A stretch of 64,000 nt of DNA from a virus, in the IMG/VR virus record IMGVR_UViG_3300025132_000026, positions 1 through 64,000 of that record. The stretch is one strand, 5' to 3'. Position 1 is the stretch's first letter. The number at the start of each line of letters is the position of its first letter. The translations under genes were made by a program, and so were the position numbers. Below the pieces are notes generated by a model. The model saw only the letters and a program-made list of their open reading frames with translations, had not been told where the DNA came from and made no database searches. Positions 27,418 through 36,318 of this stretch are shown here, one piece after another.

Positions 27418-29385
27418 CTATATCTCACAAGTATCGTTTGTGCAGAATTTAGACCCAACACCACCTTCATCAAAATGAAATCTTTGAATAGGCTTGATAT
27501 CTTTACTAATTTTATCGTATTCTTTTTTGGTGATTGCCTCATAAGGTGCTTGCTCATATCCAGTCTCTTCGTACTTCAAAAAAGAAACAGCCTTAAGTCT
27601 AGATTCGTACATCTCTAAAGCTCCTTTTATTTGGCTAGCCTCTGAGGGTGTGAAAGATACTGTCACTGAGACTGAATTATCGGCCCAGTAGTGTTGGTAC
27701 TGTGCTGCTATTTCCAGCTGCTCCCATAGAGATACATCTCTTTTGCTTTTTTCATAATGTGGTTCATGAACAGGAAATTCAACACAAACTGTATTTGGAG
27801 AATATTTGTCGTCTTCAATTTTGTACCCTGCCTTTTTCAAATCTGGCAATAATTTTGAAGTACTAGAAAACCTAATTCTCCTAATGTAATATTCACTCTC
27901 CGGAAAGTGAATTCCTGGAGTTGAGCCGTTCAGAAGAGAGACTGTTCCGGAAGGTTTGATAGACGTCATACGAACAGACTTAGGTATGCAAAGCCAGTTT
28001 GAGTACTCTTCGTCTAAGTGCTTAACGTGTTCATATGCCTTATCGCACATATCGTACAATGCTCTGCGACCAAACTTATTAAACGCCTGGACCACACCAG
28101 ACTGCGAAAGGCCAATCCTGCGATTCTTCAACATCTTTGCATTGGTCTCAGGCCAGTGAGTGTTGGAGAGCGTAATTGTTTTTCCGTAAAGATATGCAAT
28201 CTTCAAAGTCTTAAGATAGTCATCGATATCATCGTGTTTGGCTGGGTATGTCTCCACAAGACAGCAAAGCTCTGCGTCCTCTAATTGTTGTTCAACACAA
28301 GGATTAAAACCAGCTACGTTGATATCATCGAATCTTTCTGGATCCTTGAATCTGCCTCTTGTTCTCGCATTATTAAGCCAAATATATCCAGGCTCCCCGT
28401 TTTTTTGTGACTGTTCTGCGTGCCACGTATAGTTCATTCCAACCTCTGCATTGAAAGAGTTGTTTGAGCCCCATCGATGATGGTATAGCTTTTCTTGATC
28501 GTTCTTCATTTCAAGATATCTCATATCGTCATGACGACCCATAGCCAGCGCTGCTGACCGGCGGACATTTCCGGATACAACACAACGACCTATGAGGTTT
28601 TCCGTGTCGACAATATCTACAGATGTGATCGCTTCTCCAACCTTGCTAGAGAACATCTCTGTGAGGTTTTTGTGTAGCTCGATCAAGGGTCCAGGTCCAG
28701 AAGAAGTGCCGCCGAATCCTTTTATCTCCGCTCCTAACTCTCGGATGGCTGAGTAATCAAACTTCGGTACCTTACCGCCGAAGAAAAACCCATCCAACAG
28801 AGTGTGGACAGAATTAACCCACCCTTCCCGGGAATCATCAATAACAAGAACATCGCCGGTATATTCAGGTTCCTGAATCGTAACCGTGCCAGCACCTTCG
28901 GTGTCGAAACCAACGCCGACGCCGACCATCAGGGCATCCATCATCCAAGCAAACAAATATCCACCCTTGGAAGCCAGATCGCGTGTAGACCTGAAGGCAC
29001 AATTAAAGAGGCCTGCGGCAGTGCGTTCTTCGATAAACTTTGTTCCCATCATCCACAATCCGCGGCCGGGAGGTGTCCACTTAAGATTGAACAATCGATC
29101 ATAGGCATCCTTAGCGGTTTTTTGTGCCTTGTTGTCATTCCATTCCAAGCCAAGCTGAAAAACGTGCTGCTTCTGCATATTAAACATGCCTTCAACTACG
29201 CGCCGACAAGTTTGCCACCATTCCTCTGATCCTGTGGCGTCCGGATCGAACTCATTTAAGCGTCTTGCGTATGTTCTTTTAAAGGTAACATACCCTAAAG
29301 GACCCCAAGGTACCTGTGACGTTTTGTAAGGCTCCACAAAAGTGTCTGATAGCCTAAATCTGCGAATGTTCTCAATTGTTCTCAT
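27418..29385 (-). CDS. nrdJ: Class II (adenosylcobalamin) ribonucleotide reductase, monomeric RTPR type
   Basis: PPGRGLW, LFNC, GNVRRSA, NPCVEQ, KPSGTVS, C-terminal FCTNDTCEI. Confidence 0.95.
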   Translation of the reverse strand: MRTIENIRRFRLSDTFVEPYKTSQVPWGPLGYVTFKRTYARRLNEFDPDATGSEEWWQTCRRVVEGMFNMQKQHVFQLGLEWNDNKAQKTAKDAYDRLFNLKWTPPGRGLWMMGTKFIEERTAAGLFNCAFRSTRDLASKGGYLFAWMMDALMVGVGVGFDTEGAGTVTIQEPEYTGDVLVIDDSREGWVNSVHTLLDGFFFGGKVPKFDYSAIRELGAEIKGFGGTSSGPGPLIELHKNLTEMFSSKVGEAITSVDIVDTENLIGRCVVSGNVRRSAALAMGRHDDMRYLEMKNDQEKLYHHRWGSNNSFNAEVGMNYTWHAEQSQKNGEPGYIWLNNARTRGRFKDPERFDDINVAGFNPCVEQQLEDAELCCLVETYPAKHDDIDDYLKTLKIAYLYGKTITLSNTHWPETNAKMLKNRRIGLSQSGVVQAFNKFGRRALYDMCDKAYEHVKHLDEEYSNWLCIPKSVRMTSIKPSGTVSLLNGSTPGIHFPESEYYIRRIRFSSTSKLLPDLKKAGYKIEDDKYSPNTVCVEFPVHEPHYEKSKRDVSLWEQLEIAAQYQHYWADNSVSVTVSFTPSEASQIKGALEMYESRLKAVSFLKYEETGYEQAPYEAITKKEYDKISKDIKPIQRFHFDEGGVGSKFCTNDTCEI

Positions 29386-29390
29386 TTAAT

Positions 29391-30758
29391 TTATTTCCTT
29401 TTTCTAAATTTTTCATATTTGTGTTGCAAAAGATCCTTTTGCATGCCAGTAGTTAAGGCCACCGGATTAATAGGAACCATCGCGCTGTTAACCACACGAG
29501 GCATAATTTTTATTTTAACGTTAGATGGATCCATAAAAATGTCGTACACCATTCCATCCGGCCCGTTACGATTTTTTGCAATAAAAATCTTACCTTGATT
29601 GTTCTGCTTATCTTCAACCGTTCTGGATACCGACATGATAAAGTCTGCTACAAAGCACTTGTTGAATGCTTCTGAAATTTGTTCCATAGTAATCACCTCA
29701 GCGTTTAAGCCGGAGCGATTGGTTTGTGACGCGGTCCAAACTGGGCATTGAAACTCAGTAGAGATTGCACGCATTTCTTCGTATATAGATTCCAATTCGT
29801 TTCTCTTTTCTTTTCTTACAACTATCGGCTTCAAAAGATCCCCATAGTCTATGATTATCATTCCCGGCTTGATGCCTCTCTTTAACAACTTGGTGAGGTG
29901 AGATTTAATAGTATTAGTTGTTGCAGATTTGGTGGGATACTCTTTTACAATCAGTTTGCCTTCGATTTCTTTAATCTCTTCAAATACTTCTTCTTTGAAA
30001 TTAATAATATCAGATAACGGATATCCTGTTAAGCAACTATCATATCGAGTAGCGATAATTGTGTCTTGAAGCTCCAGAGTGTAGTGGATAACTGTCTTTC
30101 CCTCTCTTAAGGCTTGGGCCCCAAGATGAACAAGAACCATACTTTTGCCAGCTCCAGTCGGTGCGACGACCACTCCAAGCTCACTTTTCCCGAGTCCACC
30201 ATTGCAAATATGATCAATATCCTTCCAGCCCGTAGTCACAGGTAGTCTGTGTTTTGGTATAAATCTTTCTTCAAAATCTGCAAAATAATCGTACCCGAAG
30301 TTGTTGTCAGAGCCAAGCTTGAGAGAGTCATTTATAACTTTAGATATTTCATCAAATGAGCAGGTCTGGAGCAAATTAACAGACTTTAGCATTGCCTCTT
30401 TTAGGTTTTGCTTGCGACAAAAATCTAAGGACTGCTCTTTTATATATTCAACATCTGTTGGCTCTTTGGATGAGATCTTTGCAAAGAACTCTCTTACCTG
30501 CTTTTGGACAACTTCGTCCTCGTCATCCAGATCAGTTCTCAACATGGTGATAACTGCTTCGGCAGAAGGGTGAGTCCCGTAACGGTTTCGATACGACAGA
30601 ACTTTATCAACAAAAACACGAAGATATTCAAGCTCTAAAAAGCTGACATCGAGCACTTCAGTTATCTGATCAGCAAAGGGTCTGTCCTCATATATGAGTT
30701 GGATCAGACCCTCTTGAAAAGCTTTTCCATATCTAGCAAAACTAGCTTCGTTTGTCAA
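29391..30758 (-). CDS. Replicative SF4 helicase (T4 gp41/DnaB-like)
   Basis: APTGAGKS, YTLE, IDYGDLL, TASQTNR, KNRNG. Confidence 0.93.
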   Translation of the reverse strand: MTNEASFARYGKAFQEGLIQLIYEDRPFADQITEVLDVSFLELEYLRVFVDKVLSYRNRYGTHPSAEAVITMLRTDLDDEDEVVQKQVREFFAKISSKEPTDVEYIKEQSLDFCRKQNLKEAMLKSVNLLQTCSFDEISKVINDSLKLGSDNNFGYDYFADFEERFIPKHRLPVTTGWKDIDHICNGGLGKSELGVVVAPTGAGKSMVLVHLGAQALREGKTVIHYTLELQDTIIATRYDSCLTGYPLSDIINFKEEVFEEIKEIEGKLIVKEYPTKSATTNTIKSHLTKLLKRGIKPGMIIIDYGDLLKPIVVRKEKRNELESIYEEMRAISTEFQCPVWTASQTNRSGLNAEVITMEQISEAFNKCFVADFIMSVSRTVEDKQNNQGKIFIAKNRNGPDGMVYDIFMDPSNVKIKIMPRVVNSAMVPINPVALTTGMQKDLLQHKYEKFRKRK

Positions 30759-30786
30759 TTTACACCCCTATTGTTCGCCCAGAATA

Positions 30787-30814
30787 ATTATAACATTACA
30801 GTCCAGAAAGTCAA
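30787..30814 (-). promoter_or_regulatory. Sigma70-type promoter
   Basis: TTGACT-N16-TATAAT with TG extension. Confidence 0.65.
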
Positions 30815-30819
30815 GCAAA

Positions 30820-31788
30820 TTAACACTCTGAATTTATTTTATTAAGGTGAAGTTCGAGGTCCTTCCAGTTTAATTCGCCAAAACCATCATCTCTCATTTT
30901 CTTAATAATTTCTATCTTATTGAAATTGCACTCGAAGTTCTCAACAGCGTTTCTAACGAAATCTTTTGACTGTGGTGAAAGCATGGGAGAATATAATTGC
31001 ATCATTTTGTAATTATGTTCGATCGTCTCTTGACCTTCCAAGATATTATCGTGAAATTTTAGCTTTTTGTCGACATTCTCGCAATAGGTAATTACGTCAT
31101 CAATCGTGTAATCCTTCTCAGCTGCAAGAAATCCGAGGCGGCGCTGGATTGTTTTAAATCCAACTGCCTTAATTCCCGGCAGATTATCTGAAGCATCTCC
31201 CACAAGAGCCCTGGCAAGAGCCATATTTCTGGGATGGACCCCCAGCTCTTCCACAATCTTCTTCTTGTTGTAAACTAAGTCGCTAGTCGGGCGATATACC
31301 ACAGTCTCTTCGTCACATAACTGATAGAAATCCTTATCATTAGAGACGATCACCTTTTGCCATCCATCGTAGTAGGGCATTCTAGTCAAATAGGAAATAA
31401 CATCGTCCGCCTCCACCTCTGGTAGCATTACCTGCACAATTGGCATTTCATTAAAATACTCAATTGCTCTACGTTGCTGCCATACGCGGTTTTGCATCTC
31501 TTCAATTTCAGTCAGTGCCTTAACGTTCCTATTGAGTCTGATTGGTTTGCGGCCCTCTTTATAGTTTTTATCCATAGTTCTGCGCTTGCGAGAACCATCC
31601 GGGCCGTCCCACACAATTACAATCTCTTCTGGGGTTGTCATTCTAACCAACTTCTGGACAATCTTTAAAGAACCTTTGAAGCCTCCGATTGGTTCCCCGT
31701 TGGTTGATAAACTTGGGTCAACAATATATGCTCTTAGAAACATGTTAAGTGCATCAATAATCAAAACTCTCTTCATTCCTTCACTCAT
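30820..31788 (-). CDS. 5'-3' exonuclease (FEN / T4 RNase H-like)
   Basis: IIDALN, VWDG, YKEGR, EADD, SNDKDFYQL, GDASDNLPGI. Confidence 0.93.
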   Translation of the reverse strand: MSEGMKRVLIIDALNMFLRAYIVDPSLSTNGEPIGGFKGSLKIVQKLVRMTTPEEIVIVWDGPDGSRKRRTMDKNYKEGRKPIRLNRNVKALTEIEEMQNRVWQQRRAIEYFNEMPIVQVMLPEVEADDVISYLTRMPYYDGWQKVIVSNDKDFYQLCDEETVVYRPTSDLVYNKKKIVEELGVHPRNMALARALVGDASDNLPGIKAVGFKTIQRRLGFLAAEKDYTIDDVITYCENVDKKLKFHDNILEGQETIEHNYKMMQLYSPMLSPQSKDFVRNAVENFECNFNKIEIIKKMRDDGFGELNWKDLELHLNKINSEC

Positions 31789-31948
31789 CTATTTGTTCCT
31801 CCAATTTGCTAATTTGTTCCATAACATAGGCCAATCCACGCAAATTACCATTACGTTGATAAATCATTGCCTGTTCTTGTAGATTAGATATTTGTTTTGT
31901 AATCTTGTTTTGTTTTCTTTTACTAAAGAAGTCAGTTAAAAATTTCAT
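31781..31948 (-). CDS. Small 55 aa protein, DUF6435-like (missing from ORF track)
   Basis: Manual translation MKFLTDFFSKRKQNKITKQISNLQEQAMIYQRNGNLRGLAYVMEQISKLEEQIDE; ATGA-coupled to uvsE stop. Confidence 0.7.
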   Translation of the reverse strand: MKFLTDFFSKRKQNKITKQISNLQEQAMIYQRNGNLRGLAYVMEQISKLEEQIDE

Positions 31949-32880
31949 CCTGCCATCCTTCCTTTACTCATCACTTGTCTGTATTCCAGGAGAGCTTGTT
32001 CTTTGTGCTTGGCCTCGATCATTACATCTAAATCATGGCCATAGTCATTGAACGGGTTGCGAATCATATCCGAGTGTGCTTGCGGTTTGATTTTCGGATT
32101 GTTATGCTCAACAGAGCGAGACTCTGCATAGTGTACAACTGGCTTGATATCGCCCCACGTAGACAGTGCAAGTTCTAGAGCTTCTTGCTCAGTCTGACCA
32201 CCGGGGTGGAGCATATGGTGATGATAGTCGAACACGATAGGAATACCGATTCGCTTGTATACGCTCTCATACAGTTCAAGTGTTGAATATAAAGACTCTT
32301 TGTCATCATTCTCAACGGTCAGGCGTGACCGTACATTTTCAGGCAAACGCTCAAAGTTGCGACAGAAGTTGTCAAGGGCGAACGGCTTATCGCCATAGGC
32401 AGCGCCAACATGAATGTTTAGCTTTGCATACGGTGTACGAGGCAAGCCAATAAGATCAAACAAATCACCGTGCACAGACAAATCAGTCTTAGTGAGCTGA
32501 AAAACGCGCTCTTTCGGTGAAGCCAATTTGTTGAATGGGCCTGGGTGCGAGGTGAGGCGCATATTGTGTTGTCTTGCAAAATTACCAGCAGACAGGGCCG
32601 CGGCGTGTATAGCGCCGTAGTTTGGCATCTCAGTCAATTCGTACTCACTAGCCCACGGAATAATGTCGGACGACAGACGATAAAAATAAATGTCGTTCTC
32701 AAGATTCCACTCAAGAATAGTTCGCAAATCACGCAAATTCTGCAGTGCTAGCTCCGAAGCATACTCGATACCGCGGTCTTGGAACGTACGCTTGATCATC
32801 GTACGATTAGTTGTGATGCGCTGCGATTTTGGCAGCGACGAGAAACCCATATTGATACAGGCATAACCATAATTACGCAT
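31945..32880 (-). CDS. uvsE: UV damage endonuclease
   Basis: GYACIN, YRLSS, RLTSHPG, NIHVG, LTVENDD, FDYHHH, AHSD, MIEAKHKE. Confidence 0.95.
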   Translation of the reverse strand: MRNYGYACINMGFSSLPKSQRITTNRTMIKRTFQDRGIEYASELALQNLRDLRTILEWNLENDIYFYRLSSDIIPWASEYELTEMPNYGAIHAAALSAGNFARQHNMRLTSHPGPFNKLASPKERVFQLTKTDLSVHGDLFDLIGLPRTPYAKLNIHVGAAYGDKPFALDNFCRNFERLPENVRSRLTVENDDKESLYSTLELYESVYKRIGIPIVFDYHHHMLHPGGQTEQEALELALSTWGDIKPVVHYAESRSVEHNNPKIKPQAHSDMIRNPFNDYGHDLDVMIEAKHKEQALLEYRQVMSKGRMAG

Positions 32881-32906
32881 AAAGCCCTCCTACAAGCTTA
32901 TACTTT

Positions 32907-32935
32907 ATTATAACCCCTCATCCAGGGGTTGTCAA
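32907..32935 (-). promoter_or_regulatory. Sigma70-type promoter with inverted repeat in spacer
   Basis: TTGACA-N17-TATAAT; AACCCCT-N5-AGGGGTT at 32912-32930. Confidence 0.8.
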
Positions 32936-32940
32936 GTGCT

Positions 32941-34056
32941 TTAATTGGGATCTGAATAGAATTGATCGGCAGAGCCCTCTCTTCGATCAAACTTCTGCAC
33001 AACTTCCTCATCCATCAATTCCAAGATATTTTTTCTAAATTCCTCGTCTGTTTGAACCATTTGCGTCCATTTAGACGGCTGAAACTTCTTCTCGTATCCG
33101 CTGGGCATCTTAAGTGTGTACCAAGCGCCGGCACTTGTAAGGCGATCCGAACTCTTCACGGCCTCAAACCATGACTCTTCATCACGAATGCCAATATCTT
33201 CAGTGCCCCACAAGATTCGAAAAGCACAATTTCTTCCTTGTGTTCCAAATCTAGATTTTTCTAGCTTAACTTTAACTTCAGAACCGATCCGAAAACCCTT
33301 GTCGTCTTCGATAAAAGCAGACTTGGCTTTTCGCCCAGTCAGCCAAATTCGCAGAGAATAAGAGTAATGCATTGCTTTTCCGCCCGGGGTCATGTATGGA
33401 GTTGTCATTGCAACAATACGTGCATTAGGGCCGCTTGGGATATTTGTCTTAAGCTGATTGAGAACTATGAATGTGGCCTTTTTATCTGCAATCGGAATCA
33501 GCAACTTAGACATTCCTTTTGCCAGAATGCGGGCTTTGACGGCCATTGTTGACTGAGGGTTGAAGTCTCCCTCGACATCCGATACGGACGGTGTAAGCGC
33601 CAATGAGTCCCAAATAAAGAGAAGTTGCTCGTCGGTGGCTCCGAGAAGTTCTTCTACAGTCTCCAGTACAAACTCCACAGAGGATGCTTGAACGTACATT
33701 AAGCGTTCCAGGTCGCATCCTGCTCGCTCCAAAAAGGTTGGGTCAATAGCAGACTCGGAATCGAAGTAAACGACCATCTTGTCTGATTTCTGAGCGTTTG
33801 CTGCAATTTGCGCAGCCATATAAGATTTACCCGTACTTTCAAGACCAGCTAGCTCAGTTACCTTACCAACAGGAATACCTGCAACTTGTCCCTTGCAAAT
33901 AATTGAATCTAGCCAGCGAGAGCCAGTTGATATCCACTCTTTAACCTCTGTAGGATTTTCACCAGTTAAATCATGTGCGACATTTCTGCCGGCTTTTTTG
34001 TTAACGATTTTCATCAGGTCTTGCATTGAAACACGACCCGGCTTAGCTTTTGCCAT
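32941..34056 (-). CDS. recA: RecA/UvsX recombinase
   Basis: STGS..LD, GLESTGKS, FDSE, IWDSLA, NQ, TPGG; start moved to ATG 34056 (AGGAG RBS). Confidence 0.95.
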   Translation of the reverse strand: MAKAKPGRVSMQDLMKIVNKKAGRNVAHDLTGENPTEVKEWISTGSRWLDSIICKGQVAGIPVGKVTELAGLESTGKSYMAAQIAANAQKSDKMVVYFDSESAIDPTFLERAGCDLERLMYVQASSVEFVLETVEELLGATDEQLLFIWDSLALTPSVSDVEGDFNPQSTMAVKARILAKGMSKLLIPIADKKATFIVLNQLKTNIPSGPNARIVAMTTPYMTPGGKAMHYSYSLRIWLTGRKAKSAFIEDDKGFRIGSEVKVKLEKSRFGTQGRNCAFRILWGTEDIGIRDEESWFEAVKSSDRLTSAGAWYTLKMPSGYEKKFQPSKWTQMVQTDEEFRKNILELMDEEVVQKFDRREGSADQFYSDPN

Positions 34057-34080
34057 TGGCTCTCCTTTAAAATAAAAATA

Positions 34081-34110
34081 CAGCAGACTTTTTACCGGTC
34101 TGCCAGCGGC
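34081..34110 (-). promoter_or_regulatory. H-type RNA pseudoknot A, leader of recA
   Basis: GCCG-CU-GGCAGAC-CGGU-AAAAA-GUCUGCU. Confidence 0.65.
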
Positions 34111-34115
34111 TTTTT

Positions 34116-34226
34116 TCACTCTGCTGCTGTATCAGCAGAGCTAGCGGTGTCGGCCGCGGTGTCATCATCCTTATCCCCGCATCCCATCAATAGGGTAGCG
34201 GCAAGGACTGGTAGAACGAGTCTCAT
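34116..34226 (-). CDS. 36 aa lipoprotein (missing from ORF track)
   Basis: MRLVLPVLAATLLMGCGDKDDDTAADTASSADTAAE; AAGGAG RBS; lipobox LMGC. Confidence 0.75.
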   Translation of the reverse strand: MRLVLPVLAATLLMGCGDKDDDTAADTASSADTAAE

Positions 34227-34246
34227 TTTCTCTCTCCTTAAAATAG

Positions 34247-34276
34247 CGGCAGACTTTTGACCGGTCTGCCAGCGGC
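34247..34276 (-). promoter_or_regulatory. H-type RNA pseudoknot B, leader of small lipoprotein gene
   Basis: GCCG-CU-GGCAGAC-CGGU-CAAAA-GUCUGCC. Confidence 0.65.
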
Positions 34277-34282
34277 TTTTTA

Positions 34283-34555
34283 CTACTCAGTTGTTTCAGT
34301 AGTGGTGGTGGTTGTGTCACCGGTTGTCGTAGTCGCCGTGCCGGTTGTTGTGGTAGTGGCGGTCGTTGTTTCCGCGGTTCCAGTGTTAGTGGTGGAAACT
34401 TCAACAGTTTCTGTCGCTTCAGTAGTCGTAGTAGATTCTGATACTACTTCTGGATCAACAGTACATGTACCATATGATGTTGCGATTACAAGCGCTCCGC
34501 CTGCCAAGGCAACCTTAACTTTCCAGCTAGCTAATAGTGTTTTCAACCATTCCAT
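34283..34555 (-). CDS. Membrane-anchored Thr-rich small protein
   Basis: Hydrophobic N-terminal segment then T/E-rich tail; AAGGAG RBS. Confidence 0.75.
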   Translation of the reverse strand: MEWLKTLLASWKVKVALAGGALVIATSYGTCTVDPEVVSESTTTTEATETVEVSTTNTGTAETTTATTTTTGTATTTTGDTTTTTTETTE

Positions 34556-34583
34556 AATTATATCTCCTTATTATAGAAAATTG

Positions 34584-34619
34584 CGGCGCCCGATATTAAC
34601 GACCGGGGCGCCGACGGTC
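34584..34619 (-). promoter_or_regulatory. H-type RNA pseudoknot C, leader of Thr-rich gene
   Basis: GACCG-UC-GGCGCCC-CGGUC-GUUAAUAUC-GGGCGCC; compensatory changes relative to A/B. Confidence 0.7.
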
Positions 34620-34635
34620 TCTTTACAAGTTTAAC

Positions 34636-35400
34636 CTAGTTTGCCATTAGTTCATCAAACGCTCGGTCCACGTCGCTTTTCTTATCGTATCGAGTGGTCT
34701 CACTTGAGCGTGATTCTGCGCTTCCATTGCCAGCCAATTGCTCATCTAGGATTGCGTCAACTTGCTCTGGAGTCAACCTCTCAAAGAGAGTATTGAATTC
34801 AGGGATACCATCAAGGAGGGCGGGGATGGCCTCTGAGTCCTCCAGAAGCGGCGAAGTGTTACGACGCATCTTTAAACTTGTCTGTGGGTAAGCCCCCGGT
34901 TTGGTGGGCTTAGTGTAAGTAAGTGTAATATCGGTGCCCTCTTGCACATCTGTGACATCACCGTACTCGGGGTCAAGAATATAGCCCAAAAGAAGCTCAT
35001 AAGCTGTCTTTCCGTAACCGTATATCTTGGCTCCTTCGTCTTCTCTTCCTCTCACAACAACTGGTGAGAAGAAACGGGTTCGAACAAACAATGATTTTGC
35101 AAGTTTCTTGCTTTCTTCATCGTTTTGATCGACGCCTTCGCGCCAAAGCTGCGAGGCGAAATCACAAATTCCGCAGCGTTCTCCAAAGTTGCGCTTAGGA
35201 CAAAGAATTCCGCCCTTATGATCGCCAACATTATAGTGGAAGAACATCTCCTTCAATGGGTCACCATCATTTGTTGGTACGATACGAATATCTGTATCGC
35301 CCTCATCGGGTTTAAACCAGACCGAAGCCTGCCCGGAGTCCCGATTTTCTCCGCGTAGTGTAGCGAGCTTTCGTCGCATAAGTTCCATGTCAATTGCCAT
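34636..35400 (-). CDS. T4 gp32-like single-stranded DNA-binding protein
   Basis: WFKP, IRIVP, H..C..C..C Zn site (FHY, LCP, RCGIC), G.D.TL, acidic C-terminus DVDRAFDELM. Confidence 0.85.
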   Translation of the reverse strand: MAIDMELMRRKLATLRGENRDSGQASVWFKPDEGDTDIRIVPTNDGDPLKEMFFHYNVGDHKGGILCPKRNFGERCGICDFASQLWREGVDQNDEESKKLAKSLFVRTRFFSPVVVRGREDEGAKIYGYGKTAYELLLGYILDPEYGDVTDVQEGTDITLTYTKPTKPGAYPQTSLKMRRNTSPLLEDSEAIPALLDGIPEFNTLFERLTPEQVDAILDEQLAGNGSAESRSSETTRYDKKSDVDRAFDELMAN

Positions 35401-35451
35401 TTTATTTCTCCTTGTTTTTGGCTAAAGTATACCAAGCGTTCCTTGGTATCT

Positions 35452-35480
35452 AATGTATCACCCTTGATCTATCTTGTCAA
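35452..35480 (-). promoter_or_regulatory. Sigma70-type promoter for ssb-recA operon
   Basis: TTGACA-N17-TACATT, followed by ATACCAAG/CTTGGTAT 5' hairpin. Confidence 0.75.
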
Positions 35481-36318
35481 GGTTATTTTGTTGTATCGCG
35501 TTTGTGTGGGCCACGACATACCCAAAGTCTTGATGTGGTGTTTCGTATATTGCATAAGATATCTTACGAAATGCATTCGTATTCTTCTTTTTTAGCATGT
35601 CTACTAAACGCCTGTGTAATGTGCCTTCCTCTTTTAATCTTTCTTCATTTATACACATATAATAACATAACTCTCGATCGATGTCAAGCTCGAAAAACCA
35701 ATTTTCTTCAAGATTCTTTAAGTTGAGTGCGCCGAGAGTTCTGATTCTGCTTACTTCCGAAGGCTTTGAAACTTGGCCAATTTCAGGCTCGGTATGAGTA
35801 AAATAATTTAAATAATGCACCGCAGAAAAGATTGCATTATTGATGGTGTCGTAATAATTTTTAATTGGCACGTTTCCTAGTGTTTTTTCAATCTCTTGGT
35901 TTGAAAATATTGTTATTGATTCAAATAGACCAGACCTGGCATATTGCTGTAGTATGCCGAACGCTGCAGCTTCCAGCATTCTTGGTAAGCCAGTTAACAA
36001 CTCTGTGTCGGGCTTGACATAGAAAATTTCAATTTTCTTTTCTTTTATTTGCTCCAATATACCAAGAGCATAATTTGAACTGTAAGATGAGCCCACTATA
36101 AAGACCTGTACATGTTCTCTTAAGTCTTCAAAAAACTTCTTAACGTCTGGAATATTTTTTTCGTATTCCTCCGGCTCTGAATGCTTCTTTAGTTTGAATT
36201 TATACTTCGACTTTCTCTCTATATTGTCGTTCATCAGGTAAACTTCATACTGCGATACCTCAGAAAACTTTTCGGCGATTGCAGAGGCGCCATTTCCAAT
36301 CCCAACTATCGATATCAT
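35458..36318 (-). CDS. Divergent tubulin/FtsZ-like protein
   Basis: IVGIGNGASAIAEKF N-terminal loop, KPD, FSN, YYDTINNAI; GGGTGSG signature eroded. Confidence 0.6.
   Translation of the reverse strand: MISIVGIGNGASAIAEKFSEVSQYEVYLMNDNIERKSKYKFKLKKHSEPEEYEKNIPDVKKFFEDLREHVQVFIVGSSYSSNYALGILEQIKEKKIEIFYVKPDTELLTGLPRMLEAAAFGILQQYARSGLFESITIFSNQEIEKTLGNVPIKNYYDTINNAIFSAVHYLNYFTHTEPEIGQVSKPSEVSRIRTLGALNLKNLEENWFFELDIDRELCYYMCINEERLKEEGTLHRRLVDMLKKKNTNAFRKISYAIYETPHQDFGYVVAHTNAIQQNNLDKIDQG

Noticed and set aside
34057-34119. N-terminal extension of RecA in the ORF track (similarly 13463-13570, 16442-16465, 52425-52490, 58500-58529)
   Set aside because: The extensions overlap upstream genes or RNA elements; downstream ATGs have better RBS or coupling
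34171-34404. 77 aa minus-strand ORF
   Set aside because: Alternative frame overlapping two better-supported genes and pseudoknot B
34081-34619. Repeats as CRISPR array, preQ1/SAM-II riboswitch or HDV-like (theta) ribozyme
   Set aside because: The intervals are ORFs of unequal length and no cas genes are present; the riboswitch ligand-pocket nucleotides and the HDV P3/L3 nested knot are absent
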